A program made the position numbers and the translations under genes. A model generated the notes under the pieces. That model had not been told where the DNA came from. It saw only the letters and a program-made list of their open reading frames with translations, and did no database searches. 64,000 nucleotides of DNA from Oculina patagonica. Its lineage: Eukaryota. The stretch covers positions 13,268,001 through 13,332,000 of the forward strand of contig NC_135758.1 of assembly GCF_052425735.1 (NCBI RefSeq). The letters run 5' to 3'. This document shows, one piece after another, positions 61,473-64,000 of this stretch (position 1 is its first letter; each line of letters starts with the position of its first letter).

Positions 61473-63340
61473 AAACAGGCCAAAACACCTGTAATTGAGT
61501 GAAGTCTTTTTTTTTTTCAGGGTTTACTAACGATTTCATCAAAACTTTTTTGGCCAAAAGGAAGGATGCGAATAAAAGAAAGGAGTGGGAATAAGAAAGC
61601 CGAGGAAAATGGCAACGGTCCAAATTTTGGCTTATGGGTATGCGCCAAAGTAAAATATTGTACATTTTTTATGAAATCTTTATTAAAATCTTGCTACAGT
61701 GTGAAAAAGTGCTTCTTACCAAAGTTAAGGATAATTCAGGATCGTAGCACTCAAAACCCAGTTTCACGATGAAAACGCGGGTTTTTTCAGAAATTTAGCA
61801 CTGAAAGGGTAAAAGCTTGTCATGCCGCATTTTGGAAGAGTTAGCATGCCGCTGTCGAAATTTCGTCATTAGTAGTTTTTTGTTTGTCCTGAATGTGGGA
61901 TTTTTCCTTTATTTTATGAGGGATTAATTTTAGAATTCGATAACAAGTGAAATGAAAGGCAACTTGCTTGCGTTTGCCGCTTGCCGTATCAGAGCAGTGG
62001 TTTCTCGGGCACTTTAAAACGGTTTCAATTTCTCGACAGATCAAAAACGACGTGACTCTGAACTAAGTTCACAAAGCAAGAGTTCTCGTGAATTTTGAAT
62101 GAGCCATAAAAACTTATTAAAAGTTGACAGATTGGAAAACGACGTGACTAACTTAAATACACAAGAGCATAAGGGAATTAAAACTGTTTTAATTCATGAC
62201 CGATTGAACCTTTTCTACTAACAAAAGTAGTTTTCAACTGAGCAAAAATTCTCGATCGCTAAAAATATTTTTACACCGATTGAACTTTTTGACAGATCAA
62301 AATTTCTGAAGATACTAGACCTCGACTTCTGCCGCTGTTTCAATCATTCATTGTCAGTTTTTGACAGGGGGGTTTGTATTTCGCTAGCTTGAATGACATC
62401 TGTGTTTTTTATCTTATCTGCTAGGCCAAGTAAAAAAACAAATGTTTCTCGTCCCACCCGCTTCGGTTTTTGGGACCACTTTTCTTTTTTTTAATATTTG
62501 ATATTGGAACGAACAACAACCAACAGGCGTTACTCCTCAATTAAGTACAAACTCTTACTAGGATCAAAAGAATATATGTTTAATGCAAAGCCTCCTTACA
62601 TACACATGAATAAAGGGACAGTTTATGTAATTTAATTATGTACTAGTGCGTGGAAAAAAGCAACAACTGTTTTTGACTGATTTTATTTATCCACTTTTCG
62701 ACTTGGAAGCCTTTTGCCGGTTAAATCTGCGAGACCTTAAAACAAGCCCTGAATGCTTTAGAGAGGAATATTTCCTTCGCAGTCGCTATTTCAGCCGAAG
62801 TTTTGTCGTTCGTCACCATTTTATTTCTTCTATGTCGCCATTTAAAGGCCGTATCGCTTGTCGGAATTTACCCTAACAGGGCCTCGCAAATGCATGCTTT
62901 CGTTTTAGTGTTGCTGTAGGTCACGGTTGTAGAAAGTGTACGTTTATTTGAGGAAAACGTCATAACAACGAAAATGTTCGCACGGGTTCATTTTCGAACA
63001 AAAAAGGGTCCATTTTTTTTCTTTCTGAGAAATGTATAGTCCGTATGTTTGCTTAGGAAAATAACACCAAATACAATACATTTAATAGTTTGACTATCCG
63101 CCTTTAAACTAAATGAGCAATGTTTCGTTGCTCGCGTCTTGCATGTCGGTCAACCTCATCGTGATATCATATCATGGAGACGAACTTGTTCGCCCGTCTT
63201 CAATACAAGTAGTTTCTCATGCAAAATATTAAGTCCGAAAATTGTTTAAGAACTGATCGTTTTTTGGTCCGAAGATTATCGCCCGAATTAAAAAAGTACT
63301 TATAAAAAATATATTTTTTAAACAAATGATAACAAATTAC

Positions 63341-63661
63341 CTTTAATCCTGTGTAACTGAAATTTTCTTCCTTTGTAAAGTTTATAAAACCAACAAATCG
63401 ATCAGAGTCGCTCAGCTCACATTTGAATCTCTGGGCGTTATTTATTGTAGTTCCAAAGTTGTAAGATCGACATCGCTCTTCCTCGACGCACTCAAGTCGA
63501 CATGAACCTTGTGACTTAACTTCTGTTTCTTTTATCACGCTTCCGTTGAGCCTTTGTCCTGCTATCGCTTTAGCGAAGTTAACAGCTTTCATACCAGGCT
63601 TTGAAATACGACTTATTCCGTACACAGCCGTCCAGACAAGAATTATTAGCCAGAGATGCAT
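63341..63661 (-). CDS. FReD gene exon 1 (signal peptide + PAN/apple domain); spliced product 364 aa
   Basis: ATG at 63661, hydrophobic MHLWLIILVWTAVYG, PAN pattern CRLECVEEERCRSYNF..CELSDSD, donor AAG|GTAAT (phase 0). Exons total 321+115+424+235 = 1095 nt with an open frame. Confidence 0.88.
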
Positions 63662-64000
63662 GTTCAATCTTCAATGATTGTTTAACTAGAATGTGTTAAG
63701 GAGTATGAATATATAACTCCAGCTTACTGGGTTGCAGCTGTAAAGTAAGTGAATTCTTATAATTAATTTTATGAATACTTCACTGCCTTTTTTTATGGAT
63801 GACAAGTTGTCTAGTTGTCTTCACTCTGACTGGATATGGTGAAGCGTGCGTACGTGACAAAATACTTCTATTATTGCCTCTTTTTGGTTGCTCTTGCGCA
63901 AAGAAATTAATTGCCATCCGCCAGCACGACATTCCCCCTCATTTTATTGGCTGAGATCCCTGCAGGTGGGAATTAAAAGCCCAGGGGGGGGGGACTCGCA

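Noticed and set aside
61043-61665. ORFs of 151, 70 and 97 aa in intron 1
   Set aside because: They overlap small TIR repeats and have no domain signal.

Overview
AT-rich eukaryotic genomic DNA with spliceosomal introns and no operons, rRNA, tRNA or CRISPR. The repeat types and the gene architecture suggest a cnidarian, probably a stony coral (inference). Only one intact gene is supported: a 4-exon minus-strand gene (63661 to 54630, 364 aa) encoding signal peptide + PAN/apple + EGF + fibrinogen C-terminal (FReD) domains. The centre of the window is an old, diverged inverted duplication of about 29 kb (left arm ~12265-24430, right arm ~27255-41015, plus a third truncated copy at ~41120-43360). 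Each arm carries a decayed coding-like region with weak NACHT-like motifs followed by about five 1.3-1.5 kb tandem units with LRR-like traces, and the units were homogenised within each arm. Two DNA transposons with related short GAC-starting TIRs and 9-bp TSDs are present: a 5.5-kb copy with a decayed, intron-containing DDE-like gene inserted in a 78-bp hairpin satellite, and a 1.7-kb non-coding copy in the palindrome spacer. Also present are a young, internally deleted BEL/Pao LTR element nested in a Penelope-like element, an RTE-type 5' UTR fragment, several MITEs and microsatellites. Some stretches show deletion bias or C-depletion that could be long-read consensus error.
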